Shown here in pieces: positions 19,072 through 28,175 of a DNA stretch of 64,000 nt. Under the pieces are notes generated by a model. That model did not search any database. It was not told where the DNA came from and saw only the letters and a program-made list of their open reading frames with translations. Position numbers and translations under genes: made by a program. This stretch comes from Promethearchaeota archaeon. Its GTDB lineage: Archaea; Asgardarchaeota; Hermodarchaeia; Hermodarchaeales; Hermodarchaeaceae. The DNA lies in contig JBHLMG010000001.1 of NCBI GenBank assembly GCA_048938385.1, positions 224,001 through 288,000 of the forward strand, written 5' to 3'. How positions within the stretch are numbered: position 1 is the first letter of the stretch; every line of letters starts with the position of its first letter.

Positions 19072-20352
19072 ATGGTGCAACCCCAACAAGTTCGGATCAT
19101 CGCTTTTGATGTAGATGGGGTCATCATTCAAGGGTTTTGGCTATCTCGAATTATCGCACGATTGGGGCCGTTAAAGGCGTTTGTTTTTGGAGTGCTCGGT
19201 ATCCTTTATGAGGCTCGATTAATGGGGATCGCATCTTTCATGCGGTTCGCATATCGCTTACTCAAGGGTGCTCCAAAAGATTGGCTCATACGCATGACAG
19301 ATCAAGTCTATTTCTTTCGTGGGGTCAAAAGCGCCTTGAAAATTCTAAAAAATCAAGGTCACATTATTGTCCTTCTCAGTTCAGGCATCCCTGATTTTGT
19401 CGTGGCTCAACTCGCAATAACTCTGGGGGCACATTACGCCGCTGGAATTCGCGTAGAAGTGAGGAAGGGGTTTCTTACGGGTCATATTGCTGCCTTAGAT
19501 TGCCGGGGACAAAGCAAAGTTGAAGCCTTGAAAGATATTATTGAAGCTCACAAACTCTATCACCACGAAATAGTTGCTATCGCCAATGATCGAAACAACA
19601 TTCCTCTATTCCAATTTGCCCATCTCGCCGTAGGATTTCGTCCTGATCAAGTCGTTCGCCGCCATGTACGCAGGGTAATCACCACACCAGATCTTCGGGC
19701 TCTCTTACCAGTCGTCGCCTTGCCACCGGTTCGTCTTCATGTTCCCCGACGATTAAGCCAAGAAATCATTCGCCAATTACTTCACGCAAGTGCCGTGATA
19801 ATACCTATTCTCTGGTTGTGGGATTCCTCCTGGCATGTCCCTATCTATTTCCTCATTGGAAGCTTAACACTTCTGTTCGCATTTTCTGAAATACTCAGAC
19901 GATATGGTATTCAAATTCCCGTGATCTCAAAAATGGTGTTAGCTGCAGGGCGTGAAGATGAAATTGATCGGTTTGTACTTTCTCCGCTTTATTTTGCTGC
20001 AGGCGTTATTTTTCCCTTCCTTATTTTTGGAACCCTTCTGAACCTCCCCCACATTGCCGCAGCAAGTGTCACGGCTTTCCTAATTGGCGACGCGTTTTCT
20101 ACTATTGGCGGAATTTTTTTCGGGCGTCACTACTACCCATTCAATCCCCGTAAAACTCTTGAAGGCACTCTCATCGGGTTCTCCGTTGCTTTTATTGTAC
20201 TTCTCTTTATCATATCACCAACCTTTGCGTTGCTCAGTGCAATAATCGCTGCAATAATCGAGCTTCTCCCACTTCCCATAGACGACAATCTTGCCGTTCC
20301 AATTCTCACTGCGTTGCTCTTGTTACTCTTCTCTTTCATCGGGTTTCGTTGA
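19072..20352 (+). CDS. HAD (SerB-like) domain fused to CTP-dependent polyprenol/phytol/DAG kinase-type membrane domain
   Basis: FDVDGV, SSG; then RQLLH, GDAFSTIGG..FG, KTLEG, DDNL. Confidence 0.8.
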   Translation: MVQPQQVRIIAFDVDGVIIQGFWLSRIIARLGPLKAFVFGVLGILYEARLMGIASFMRFAYRLLKGAPKDWLIRMTDQVYFFRGVKSALKILKNQGHIIVLLSSGIPDFVVAQLAITLGAHYAAGIRVEVRKGFLTGHIAALDCRGQSKVEALKDIIEAHKLYHHEIVAIANDRNNIPLFQFAHLAVGFRPDQVVRRHVRRVITTPDLRALLPVVALPPVRLHVPRRLSQEIIRQLLHASAVIIPILWLWDSSWHVPIYFLIGSLTLLFAFSEILRRYGIQIPVISKMVLAAGREDEIDRFVLSPLYFAAGVIFPFLIFGTLLNLPHIAAASVTAFLIGDAFSTIGGIFFGRHYYPFNPRKTLEGTLIGFSVAFIVLLFIISPTFALLSAIIAAIIELLPLPIDDNLAVPILTALLLLLFSFIGFR

Positions 20353-20436
20353 ATTCTTATTGAAGCCTGAAGCCGCATCACTTGAGTTTATAAGTACGCT
20401 CTCGCTCTTTCAAAGCAACAGATAGGATTGAGGACA

Positions 20437-21336
20437 ATGTCAAGCCAACAATGTCCAGCTTGCGGTCGCCAACTCAAACCCAATGCAAGGTTCTGCTCAT
20501 ATTGCGGTGTTCCTTTAACTCAGAAGCCTGAGCGTCAAGCAGAGGTTCAGCCTGATGCTACCTCCGTACCAGCAAAACCAACAGAGGAACCAGTGAAAGC
20601 AGTGGAAGCTATTTCACCTTCTGTGGAAGCGGCTTTTATAATGCGGGGTAAACTTGGATCCCTACGGTCACAAAAAGTGGCAATTGAAGAGGAAGAGGAA
20701 ACAATCAAGGTTAAGCACTTGGTCGGTGAATTAACGGAAAAGGATGCAGAAAAGGAAACAGCTTCACTCCTTGCACGTTTGGAGCCAATTAATAGAGAAA
20801 TAGGGGATTTAGAGAACAAAGCAATTACACCCTTGGAACAATTACAACAGGAAAAGGCAATACAAGAAGGGCGGCTTCAAAGATTGGAAGAACTTCGCAG
20901 CTCAGGAGAAGTGGATGATGCTATTTACCAGCGATTGGGTCGTGAATATAGTGATAAATTGAACGAAACTATCCAAAATCTTAATGCTGAAATGACGAAG
21001 GCGAATCACTGGTTGGTTCAAATGGAAGAGCGTAAGCAAAAATTAGAATTTGATCGAGAAACCCTCCAAGTCCGAGCTCGAATCGATGAGGTCTCGAAAC
21101 GGAATGTTAAAAACGAACTCAAGACGATTGATGATGAAATTAATAAGATAACCAGCGTCCTGGCTGGATTAAGGTCTCTCTTGGGCACAGCCGCTCCGGC
21201 TCCTAAAACACCGTCGCTAATAAAACAGGTCCCCCAAAAATCAGATCAAAAGGAAAATTCCAGGAAATGTCCACACTGTCAAGCAAAAATCTCTCTTGGT
21301 TCTAAGTATTGCTATACTTGTGGAAATCTACTCTGA
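20437..21336 (+). CDS. Zinc ribbon - CdvA-like coiled coil - zinc ribbon protein
   Basis: CPAC..CSYC and CPHC..CYTC termini; coiled coil with repeated L..GE(L/V)....Y type motifs. Confidence 0.7.
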   Translation: MSSQQCPACGRQLKPNARFCSYCGVPLTQKPERQAEVQPDATSVPAKPTEEPVKAVEAISPSVEAAFIMRGKLGSLRSQKVAIEEEEETIKVKHLVGELTEKDAEKETASLLARLEPINREIGDLENKAITPLEQLQQEKAIQEGRLQRLEELRSSGEVDDAIYQRLGREYSDKLNETIQNLNAEMTKANHWLVQMEERKQKLEFDRETLQVRARIDEVSKRNVKNELKTIDDEINKITSVLAGLRSLLGTAAPAPKTPSLIKQVPQKSDQKENSRKCPHCQAKISLGSKYCYTCGNLL

Positions 21337-21870
21337 TGGGGGAAGGCGAAAACATACTTCTTCATAACCACCAACTTTGTCTCCTTCTCTAGCCCAAACA
21401 AGAAGGAGTGACCTCTGGATATCATACTCCATGGGGGTCTTCACTTCAATGATGTCTGTTCCAACAGGGAAGAGGTAGAGCACCTCTAGGTCATATTCGG
21501 CGCGTTCTTCTTCAACGACGCTCTTCAAGGAATTAATCCCTGTGCGTGAAAATCCCTGAAAATGAATTACCCACTGAAAATAGGGAATATCCGCGCTCCC
21601 ACGAAAACCGATGTCAACATGGAGGATTTCTTGAGTTACCCTCTGATCATTGATGTACACTTTTTCTGCAGCTAAAAACGCGTTCATATTCTGACGAAGT
21701 CTCTTTATTTCCTTTCGAAATTCTGTTTCATCTTCTACAAGGGCCTTATAGACTCCTTCAGGGTCTGCATAATCGTAGATAAGCACCTGATGAATTTCAC
21801 ATTCCCGTGACACCGTGAACACCGCAGAACCAAACAACGGTTGCACATTCGATTGCAATAGCCTCACCAT
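21328..21870 (-). CDS. Hypothetical protein
   Basis: Long ORF with protein-like composition, divergent from tmk; start uncertain (21870-21903). Confidence 0.6.
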   Translation of the reverse strand: MVRLLQSNVQPLFGSAVFTVSRECEIHQVLIYDYADPEGVYKALVEDETEFRKEIKRLRQNMNAFLAAEKVYINDQRVTQEILHVDIGFRGSADIPYFQWVIHFQGFSRTGINSLKSVVEEERAEYDLEVLYLFPVGTDIIEVKTPMEYDIQRSLLLVWAREGDKVGGYEEVCFRLPPSE

Positions 21871-21919
21871 CACTCTTTTTTTATCTGATAACCGCATCCT
21901 CATTCAAGAAGTTATCACT

Positions 21920-22534
21920 ATGGATGCGAATTCGATGACTGATGGAATATTCATTGCCCTTGAAGGGATTGATGGGAGCGGTACGACAACTCACACAAAA
22001 TTGCTAAGTCAATGGCTAGCGAAAAAAGGGTTGGAGGTTGTACAAACACATGAGCCAACTAATTATCGAATTGGCCGATTACTACGCGAGATTTTACGAG
22101 ACACCTCGGTTCCCCCTGCGGTTGATGCTTTACTCTTTGCAGCCGATCGTGTAGATCATACCATTCATCGAATTCAACCTGCGCTCGATCAGGGAAAGAT
22201 CGTCATCACTGATCGTTATATCGAATCATCAATAGCATACCAATCGTCCTCTGGCCTTGAAAGAGAATGGGTACAAAGACTAAATCAGTATGCGTTAAAA
22301 CCCAACCTCACAATTCTCCTAGATGTTCCCCCGGAAGTAGCACTGCGACGAAAAAGAAAACCCAGATTGAAAGAAAAATTCGAGCAAACTGTGTTTCTAA
22401 AAAAAGTCCGTCAAATTTTTTTAGATCGCGCAAAAGAGGAAGGCTTCACAGTACTAAACGCCGAGCTTTCCATTAAAGAAGTACAAAACCAAATCCAAAA
22501 ACAGGTAGAACCCCTACTCAGAAGCTTTAAGTAA
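21920..22534 (+). CDS. tmk: Thymidylate kinase
   Basis: FIALEGIDGSGTTT, HEP, LLFAADR, DRYIESSIAYQ. Confidence 0.93.
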   Translation: MDANSMTDGIFIALEGIDGSGTTTHTKLLSQWLAKKGLEVVQTHEPTNYRIGRLLREILRDTSVPPAVDALLFAADRVDHTIHRIQPALDQGKIVITDRYIESSIAYQSSSGLEREWVQRLNQYALKPNLTILLDVPPEVALRRKRKPRLKEKFEQTVFLKKVRQIFLDRAKEEGFTVLNAELSIKEVQNQIQKQVEPLLRSFK

Positions 22535-22556
22535 CTCCCTCTACAATCTCTGTTTT

Positions 22557-22627
22557 GGCGGCAATGAGGAAAACCAAAGGGACCTGATTCACAGATGATG
22601 GACCCGACGGGCGAAACCAGAGCCGCC
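22557..22627 (+). ncRNA. Box C/D guide sRNA
   Basis: Terminal stem GGCGGC/GCCGCC; C ATGAGGA (22564), D' CTGA (22584), C' ATGATGG (22595), D CAGA (22618); intergenic. Confidence 0.7.
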
Positions 22628-22672
22628 CCTCTTCTTAAAATTCATGATCAAGAATTATGTTTTGGATACGCC

Positions 22673-23065
22673 CTAAACTTGAAGCAAGGCTTCAATTTGA
22701 CTGCTATACCGTTTCATTACAAGAAAGATCATTCCCAAGTTTGCACTCTTCTTTACTAGCGATGTGAGAATCGCATTAGGGCCTGCACCCCTGAGAATAA
22801 TATACCCGTTTTCTGCCTCCACTGTAATCTGCTGTAATCTTCCTCGAGGAATCTCAGTTAAGGCACGTTCTGCGACGCCAAGAAGTGCAGCTGTCATAGC
22901 AGCAACAATGGCCTCATTTACGGTCTGGGGCATAGCGGCCACAATGGGTAAGCCTTGGGCAGTTACAATGGCGCTCGCCTCAATACCAGGTGTCGTGCTC
23001 TCCATTTGACGGAGGAGTTCCTGTAAGTTCTTTGCAGTAGAAGACACGCTTTGATACCCAGTCAC
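22673..23065 (-). CDS. Roadblock/LC7 domain protein
   Basis: GIEASAIVTAQGLPI, AAMTAALLGVAERA, NLGMIF. Confidence 0.92.
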   Translation of the reverse strand: MTGYQSVSSTAKNLQELLRQMESTTPGIEASAIVTAQGLPIVAAMPQTVNEAIVAAMTAALLGVAERALTEIPRGRLQQITVEAENGYIILRGAGPNAILTSLVKKSANLGMIFLVMKRYSSQIEALLQV

Positions 23066-23208
23066 GTATTTTGCTGCAAAGCAGCTAAAATTCTTCTGGT
23101 CAACTAGAAAAACCTTCGGAACGCCTCGCTTTCCACAAATAAGTTAAGGTAAAGCTTAAAGAAGCCCGCTTTCAACTGGCAAACCTGTACAAAAATTCGG
23201 TGAAATCC

Positions 23209-24201
23209 ATGGCAAAGCGTAGCAAACTCAAAGAGAAAACATCTGACGCCTCTAAAGAAGAAACTCAAGAAGATGCAGCTACGAGCAAAGAGCAGGAAGA
23301 AGAAACAGAAGAACCTATTGAAGAAAAATATCGTCGGGCTGGAAAAATCGCATCTCAAGTCCGAGAAGAAATATTTCCCCAAATCAAAGTAGGTGCACGC
23401 GCGCTTGATTTATGCGAAGCTGCAGAAACACGAATTATGGAGCTAGGCGGGGGTATCGCCTTTCCAACAAATGTTTCAATCAACGAAGTTGCCGCACACT
23501 ATACTAGCCCTGAAGATGACACAACCACTATCCAGGATGGAGATGTGGTCAAACTAGATCTGGGTGTTCACATTGATGGCTATATTGCTGATACAGCAAT
23601 CACAATAAGTTTTGACCCAGAATTAGAAAACCTAGTCACAGCAAGCCAAGAAGCTCTCGAGAAAGCTCTCCTCCTTATCCGACCCAAAACCGACAGCAAA
23701 GATTTAGGCAAAATTATTGAGACCACCATCAAAAGCCACGGTTATCGACCGATACGAGACCTAAGTGGTCACCAATTAGATGAATACAAACTTCATGGAT
23801 CCAAAAGTCTTCCCAATATAGCGGTACCTCACGGCTCGATCCTCGAAGAAGGCGAAGCTTATGCCTTAGAAACTTTCGCCACAACAGGAACTGGAAGCGT
23901 TCACGAAACCGGTCAACATTACATCTTTAGTCTAAATCCTACCCGCATCCCATTACGCAATCGTGGTGCTCGGGACATTGTCCGGTTAGCTAGTCGAGAA
24001 TTCAAAACCCTGCCTTTTAGCCGACGCTACATCGCCAAACACATCCCCAAACTCAGCTTCGCCTTGGGGCTTCGGGAATTGACGACAAAAAATGTAGTCC
24101 GCCAATACAGCGTTCTCGCAGATTCCAAAGGCAGTCGAGTTGCTCAAACTGAACACACTTTTTTAGTTACAAGCGATGGAATAGAAATTACCACCGAGTA
24201 A
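23209..24201 (+). CDS. map: Type II methionine aminopeptidase
   Basis: AFP.N.SINEVAAHYT, DLGVHIDGYIADTA, GHQL, ETFAT, QTEHT. Confidence 0.95.
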   Translation: MAKRSKLKEKTSDASKEETQEDAATSKEQEEETEEPIEEKYRRAGKIASQVREEIFPQIKVGARALDLCEAAETRIMELGGGIAFPTNVSINEVAAHYTSPEDDTTTIQDGDVVKLDLGVHIDGYIADTAITISFDPELENLVTASQEALEKALLLIRPKTDSKDLGKIIETTIKSHGYRPIRDLSGHQLDEYKLHGSKSLPNIAVPHGSILEEGEAYALETFATTGTGSVHETGQHYIFSLNPTRIPLRNRGARDIVRLASREFKTLPFSRRYIAKHIPKLSFALGLRELTTKNVVRQYSVLADSKGSRVAQTEHTFLVTSDGIEITTE

Positions 24202-24371
24202 TTTCACAAGTTGCGTTTTTTTATCTGTTTAATTGGATATTCCTGAAAATAATATTAAAAATAAGATTTTAGTCGGGTAATACTCGGATGTGTGTAAAGC
24301 TATTATTAACGCTTGTATAGTTGCATAGGTGTTTGAAGAAAGGTTTAAAAGGAACGAGAGCGTTTTCCTAC

Positions 24372-24397
24372 TGGCGAACCTTATAAAGGTTTCGCCA
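24372..24397. promoter_or_regulatory. Palindromic BRE/TATA-like element upstream of tfb
   Basis: TGGCGAACCTT-ATA-AAGGTTTCGCCA reads as BRE+TATA on both strands. Confidence 0.45.
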
Positions 24398-24577
24398 TTC
24401 CAAGCGGGGAAAAATACCAGAAACGCCAACTTTGATAACACATTTTTCTATCGCAACCAGTGAGCGATGGAAAAAGGCTTGCACCATACATCATTGGCTA
24501 GAATGACGCTCTGACAGAGAGCAGACTCGCTCAACATCCATCCCCCTCTTCATCGGAGAAAGAAGGTCGAAAGAGTA

Positions 24578-25546
24578 ATGGTTGAAGAAGCTCCTTTTGT
24601 GGAAGACAAACTTCGCGTCACTCCTCATGAGGCTCCTCATCAAGTAACTCGTTGCCCTGACTGCAGTGGTCAAGAAGTAATTCGCGATGCTACGCGTGGT
24701 GAAATTATCTGTCGAAATTGCGGACTAGTGATTGACGCACATATAGTTGATCAAGGACCTGAATGGCGGGCTTTTACCTCGGAAGAGCGTGATAAACGCA
24801 GCCGCGTGGGCAGCCCAATGACATATACCGTTCACGACAAAGGCCTCAGTACTATGATTGACTGGCGAAATCGTGACGCCTATGGAAAGAAACTCGCTCC
24901 AAACCGGCGCGCACAGATTTATCGGCTTCGGAAATGGCAGATCCGAACCCGTGTTCATTCGAGCATTGATCGAAATCTAGCATATGCCATGAGCGAGTTA
25001 GATAGGTTAACCAGTCAACTTGGTGTACCGCGCCCAGTGAAGGAAGCAGCTGCAATCTTGTACCGACGGGCTATCGAACATCATCTTATACGAGGTCGAA
25101 GCATAGAGGCCATGATTGCCTCCTGTGTTTACGCTGCTTGTCGTCTTCGCCAGGTCCCACGAACTCTCGACGAAATCGCTCACCATAGCCGTATCAACCG
25201 CAAGGAGCTAGGTCGATGTTATCGTCTTCTCCTTCGCGAGCTTGAAGTACGCATTCCTATTGCTTCACCAACTGACTTCATCCCGCGCTTTGCCCAAGCC
25301 CTTGAACTTAGTGGCGATGTCCAACACACAGCGGCTGAAATTGTTGATTCAGCGCGTTCAAAAGGCATCACGGCAGGAAAAGATCCGACGGGATTAGCAG
25401 CTGCTAGTCTTTACATCGCTTCTATTCAAGAAGGTGAGCGTCGTACTCAGCGCGAAATTGCTGAGATTAGCCGAGTCACTGAAGTTACCGTGCGTAACCG
25501 CTATAAGGAACTCGTCCGTGAACTCGGTCTGAAAGTTGAGGTCTGA
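24578..25546 (+). CDS. tfb: Transcription initiation factor TFB
   Basis: CPDC..CRNC zinc ribbon, GPEWRAF, RLRKWQ, two cyclin repeats, VTEVTVRNRYKEL. Confidence 0.97.
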   Translation: MVEEAPFVEDKLRVTPHEAPHQVTRCPDCSGQEVIRDATRGEIICRNCGLVIDAHIVDQGPEWRAFTSEERDKRSRVGSPMTYTVHDKGLSTMIDWRNRDAYGKKLAPNRRAQIYRLRKWQIRTRVHSSIDRNLAYAMSELDRLTSQLGVPRPVKEAAAILYRRAIEHHLIRGRSIEAMIASCVYAACRLRQVPRTLDEIAHHSRINRKELGRCYRLLLRELEVRIPIASPTDFIPRFAQALELSGDVQHTAAEIVDSARSKGITAGKDPTGLAAASLYIASIQEGERRTQREIAEISRVTEVTVRNRYKELVRELGLKVEV

Positions 25547-25578
25547 GCATTACGCTCAGATCCGGCTTTTCTCTTTTT
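25542..25578 (+). terminator. Hairpin plus U-rich tract between convergent tfb and flavodoxin genes
   Basis: TCTGAGC-attac-GCTCAGA followed by TTTTCTCTTTTT. Confidence 0.5.
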
Positions 25579-25582
25579 ACAC

Positions 25583-26074
25583 TCAGAGTTTTGACCCAAT
25601 CGTTTTACCAAATTCTCTGCATTTAGAAATCTCCACATCAAGGATGGGGCCTTCCATTCCAATAACAGCGATTGATAAACCTGGTGTCAGCAACTTGAGG
25701 TGAGGTAATTTATCGTTTATGTGGGATTCCATTTTTAATAACGCTACTTGATACTGACTACCGCCAGGTTGTAACACACCGACGTCTTCTTCTTTACCGA
25801 TAGAATAGGTATCGAATGCAACCAGAGTTTTTTCTTTCAAGCCAAGTTTTTGGAGTTTCTTAACAAATTTTTTGAAAGTACGGGTTGGACGGCGGATGTG
25901 ATTAGGCGACCCCATTAAAATGGCGTTGTAACCTGCCACCGTATCGAAATTGACATTCTTCATGTTCTCAACAGAAACCTCAACACCTGTTTCTTTCATT
26001 CCTTCTGCAATTAATTCAGCAACACGCTGGGTATTTCCATACTTCGTATCATACGCAACCAGAGCTTTTGTCAT
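25583..26074 (-). CDS. Flavodoxin-like protein
   Basis: YDTKYGNT FMN loop, MGSP, AFDT. Confidence 0.88.
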   Translation of the reverse strand: MTKALVAYDTKYGNTQRVAELIAEGMKETGVEVSVENMKNVNFDTVAGYNAILMGSPNHIRRPTRTFKKFVKKLQKLGLKEKTLVAFDTYSIGKEEDVGVLQPGGSQYQVALLKMESHINDKLPHLKLLTPGLSIAVIGMEGPILDVEISKCREFGKTIGSKL

Positions 26075-26344
26075 CGAAAAACACCCTATGTTGGGGTCGG
26101 TATTTCAACGCGTTTTTTAATTTTCCCCAATAATTATATCAGTTTAGGCCTTCATAGTGGTTTCAGTTTCCTGCTATCCCTCAAGACATCTGGGAATGTG
26201 CAAATTCGCTTCTGAAATCGTATTTTTACTCTTCAGTACCCATTTTGTCTAATTGCCAAAAGGTAAATCAATCAGAACCGCGCCAATAACCGGTACTACG
26301 GAGTTTTCTCATAAACTCGACTCTAACGGAGTGTAGGACGACAT

Positions 26345-28084
26345 ATGAAAGAAATGCTCTGGCATAAACACAAATGGCCTAAAGAAGTCAAGAAATCCCT
26401 CAAATACCATGAAGAACCTCTCTACGCAATCCTTGACAAAGCAGCGAAAGAAAGCGGTGACCGACCATACACAGCCTATTCAGGAATCTCCCAAACCTTC
26501 TCTGAAGTTCTCGAAAGCACTCACCGTATCGCGAATTTCCTCCACAGCAAAGGCATCAAGAAAGGAGACCGCGTCGCCATCTTCTTACCCAATTTCCCAC
26601 AATATCCACCAGTATTCTTCGGCATCCTCAAAGCAGGAGCAACGGCTGTAACCTGTAATCCTCAATACAAGGCCCCCGAACTTCATCACCAACTCAAAGA
26701 CTCCGGCGCTAAAGTGGTGTTCGTCGCTGACCACCCCCACCATGTTCCAATTACCTATGATGCAATAACAGACACCGATTGTAAACATGTAATCGTCTGC
26801 AGCATCAAGCCCTTCCTCCCCAAAGCTAAAGCTGCACTTGGAAGCCTTTTCGGAAAAATTCCCAAGAGCAAATTCTACAAAGACGAGATTACCACCTTCT
26901 ACCAAGACATCATGGACAACTACGAACCCAAACCTCCCAAAGTTACAATTAACCCCAAAGACGACCTCGCCCTCATCCTCTACACTGGGGGAACCACAGG
27001 TGTTCCTAAAGGTGCCATGCTCACCCACTACAATCTCTACGCCAATGTGATGCAATACGACGAATGGGTCAAACTCGAACCCAAGGGGGGAGGCGAAGCT
27101 AAACCCCTTGATTGTGGTAAAGAAGTCTACATCGGTGCCCTCCCCTGGTACCACAGCTACGGTCTCACCCTCACCATGATTGCCGCGGTACTTCACCAAA
27201 GCATGTGCGTCTGTGTCCCAGATCCTCGTGCTGGTAAACCTCCGCTTTCCGATCTCCTGAAAGATGTCCAAAATTACAAAGGCACGCTCCTCCATGCAGT
27301 TCCCACCCTCTACGCCGGTATGGCTTACCATCCTAACATTAGTAAATACGACCTCAGCAGCCTCAAAGCTTGTGGTTCAGGTGCTGCCCCTCTCCCCCCT
27401 GCAACCGCAAAAGCGTTCGAAGCCGCATCCGGTGCCATACTCTTCGAAGGCTACGGGCTCACTGAAACATCCCCCCTCGCTAGCGCTGACCCGTCACGAC
27501 TCAGCACGCGTAAATTCGGGTCCGTTGGTTTCCCCATGCCTGACACCAACATCAAAATCCTTGACCTTGAAACTGGCACCAAGGAAAAGAAAACCGGAGA
27601 AGACGGCGAAGTCGCCATTTCCGGACCTCAAGTCATGAAAGGCTACTGGGAAAAACCCGAAGCTACCAAAGAAGTCATACGAACCGTTGGTGGAGAACGC
27701 TTCTTCCTCACTGGTGATATCGGACACTTTGATGAGGAAGGCTACCTCCACATCACCGACCGCAAGAAAGACATGATCAATGTCTCAGGATTCAAAGCCT
27801 ATCCAGCTGAAATCGAAGAGGTTTTGACCGAACATCCGGCAATTCAGATGGCAGCAGTTATTGGCATTCCGCGCAAGGATGATCCCGCGAACGAGACAGT
27901 AAAGGCTTACATCGTTCTTGCCCCAGATGCGTCTGTAACTGAAGATGAACTAAAGGCGTGGGCGAAGGAACGAATGGCTGGTTACAAACGTCCCAAGATT
28001 ATCGAGTTTCGGGATTCGTTACCGACTTCTGCCGTTGGCAAAGTTCTTCGTCGTGTGTTACGAGATGAAGAAATGGCTAAATAA
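26345..28084 (+). CDS. Long-chain fatty acid-CoA ligase
   Basis: YTGGTTGVPKG, EGYGLTE, TGDIG, DRKKDMI, GKVLRR. Confidence 0.93.
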   Translation: MKEMLWHKHKWPKEVKKSLKYHEEPLYAILDKAAKESGDRPYTAYSGISQTFSEVLESTHRIANFLHSKGIKKGDRVAIFLPNFPQYPPVFFGILKAGATAVTCNPQYKAPELHHQLKDSGAKVVFVADHPHHVPITYDAITDTDCKHVIVCSIKPFLPKAKAALGSLFGKIPKSKFYKDEITTFYQDIMDNYEPKPPKVTINPKDDLALILYTGGTTGVPKGAMLTHYNLYANVMQYDEWVKLEPKGGGEAKPLDCGKEVYIGALPWYHSYGLTLTMIAAVLHQSMCVCVPDPRAGKPPLSDLLKDVQNYKGTLLHAVPTLYAGMAYHPNISKYDLSSLKACGSGAAPLPPATAKAFEAASGAILFEGYGLTETSPLASADPSRLSTRKFGSVGFPMPDTNIKILDLETGTKEKKTGEDGEVAISGPQVMKGYWEKPEATKEVIRTVGGERFFLTGDIGHFDEEGYLHITDRKKDMINVSGFKAYPAEIEEVLTEHPAIQMAAVIGIPRKDDPANETVKAYIVLAPDASVTEDELKAWAKERMAGYKRPKIIEFRDSLPTSAVGKVLRRVLRDEEMAK

Positions 28085-28093
28085 AACCTATGA

Positions 28094-28138
28094 GAAACTC
28101 TCCCGCCACTGGGAGGGTTTCCTTTCCTCTTTTTTTTC
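28094..28138 (+). terminator. Intrinsic-type terminator
   Basis: AAACTCTCCC-gccact-GGGAGGGTTT hairpin followed by a long pyrimidine/T tract. Confidence 0.7.
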
Positions 28139-28175
28139 AATGTGATTTTTCTTATAGAGTAGAAGAAAATACTAG

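Noticed and set aside
26585-27331. 248-aa antisense ORF inside the acyl-CoA ligase
   Set aside because: Explained by the strong codon bias of the sense gene; no motifs. The other short shadow ORFs in the track were rejected likewise
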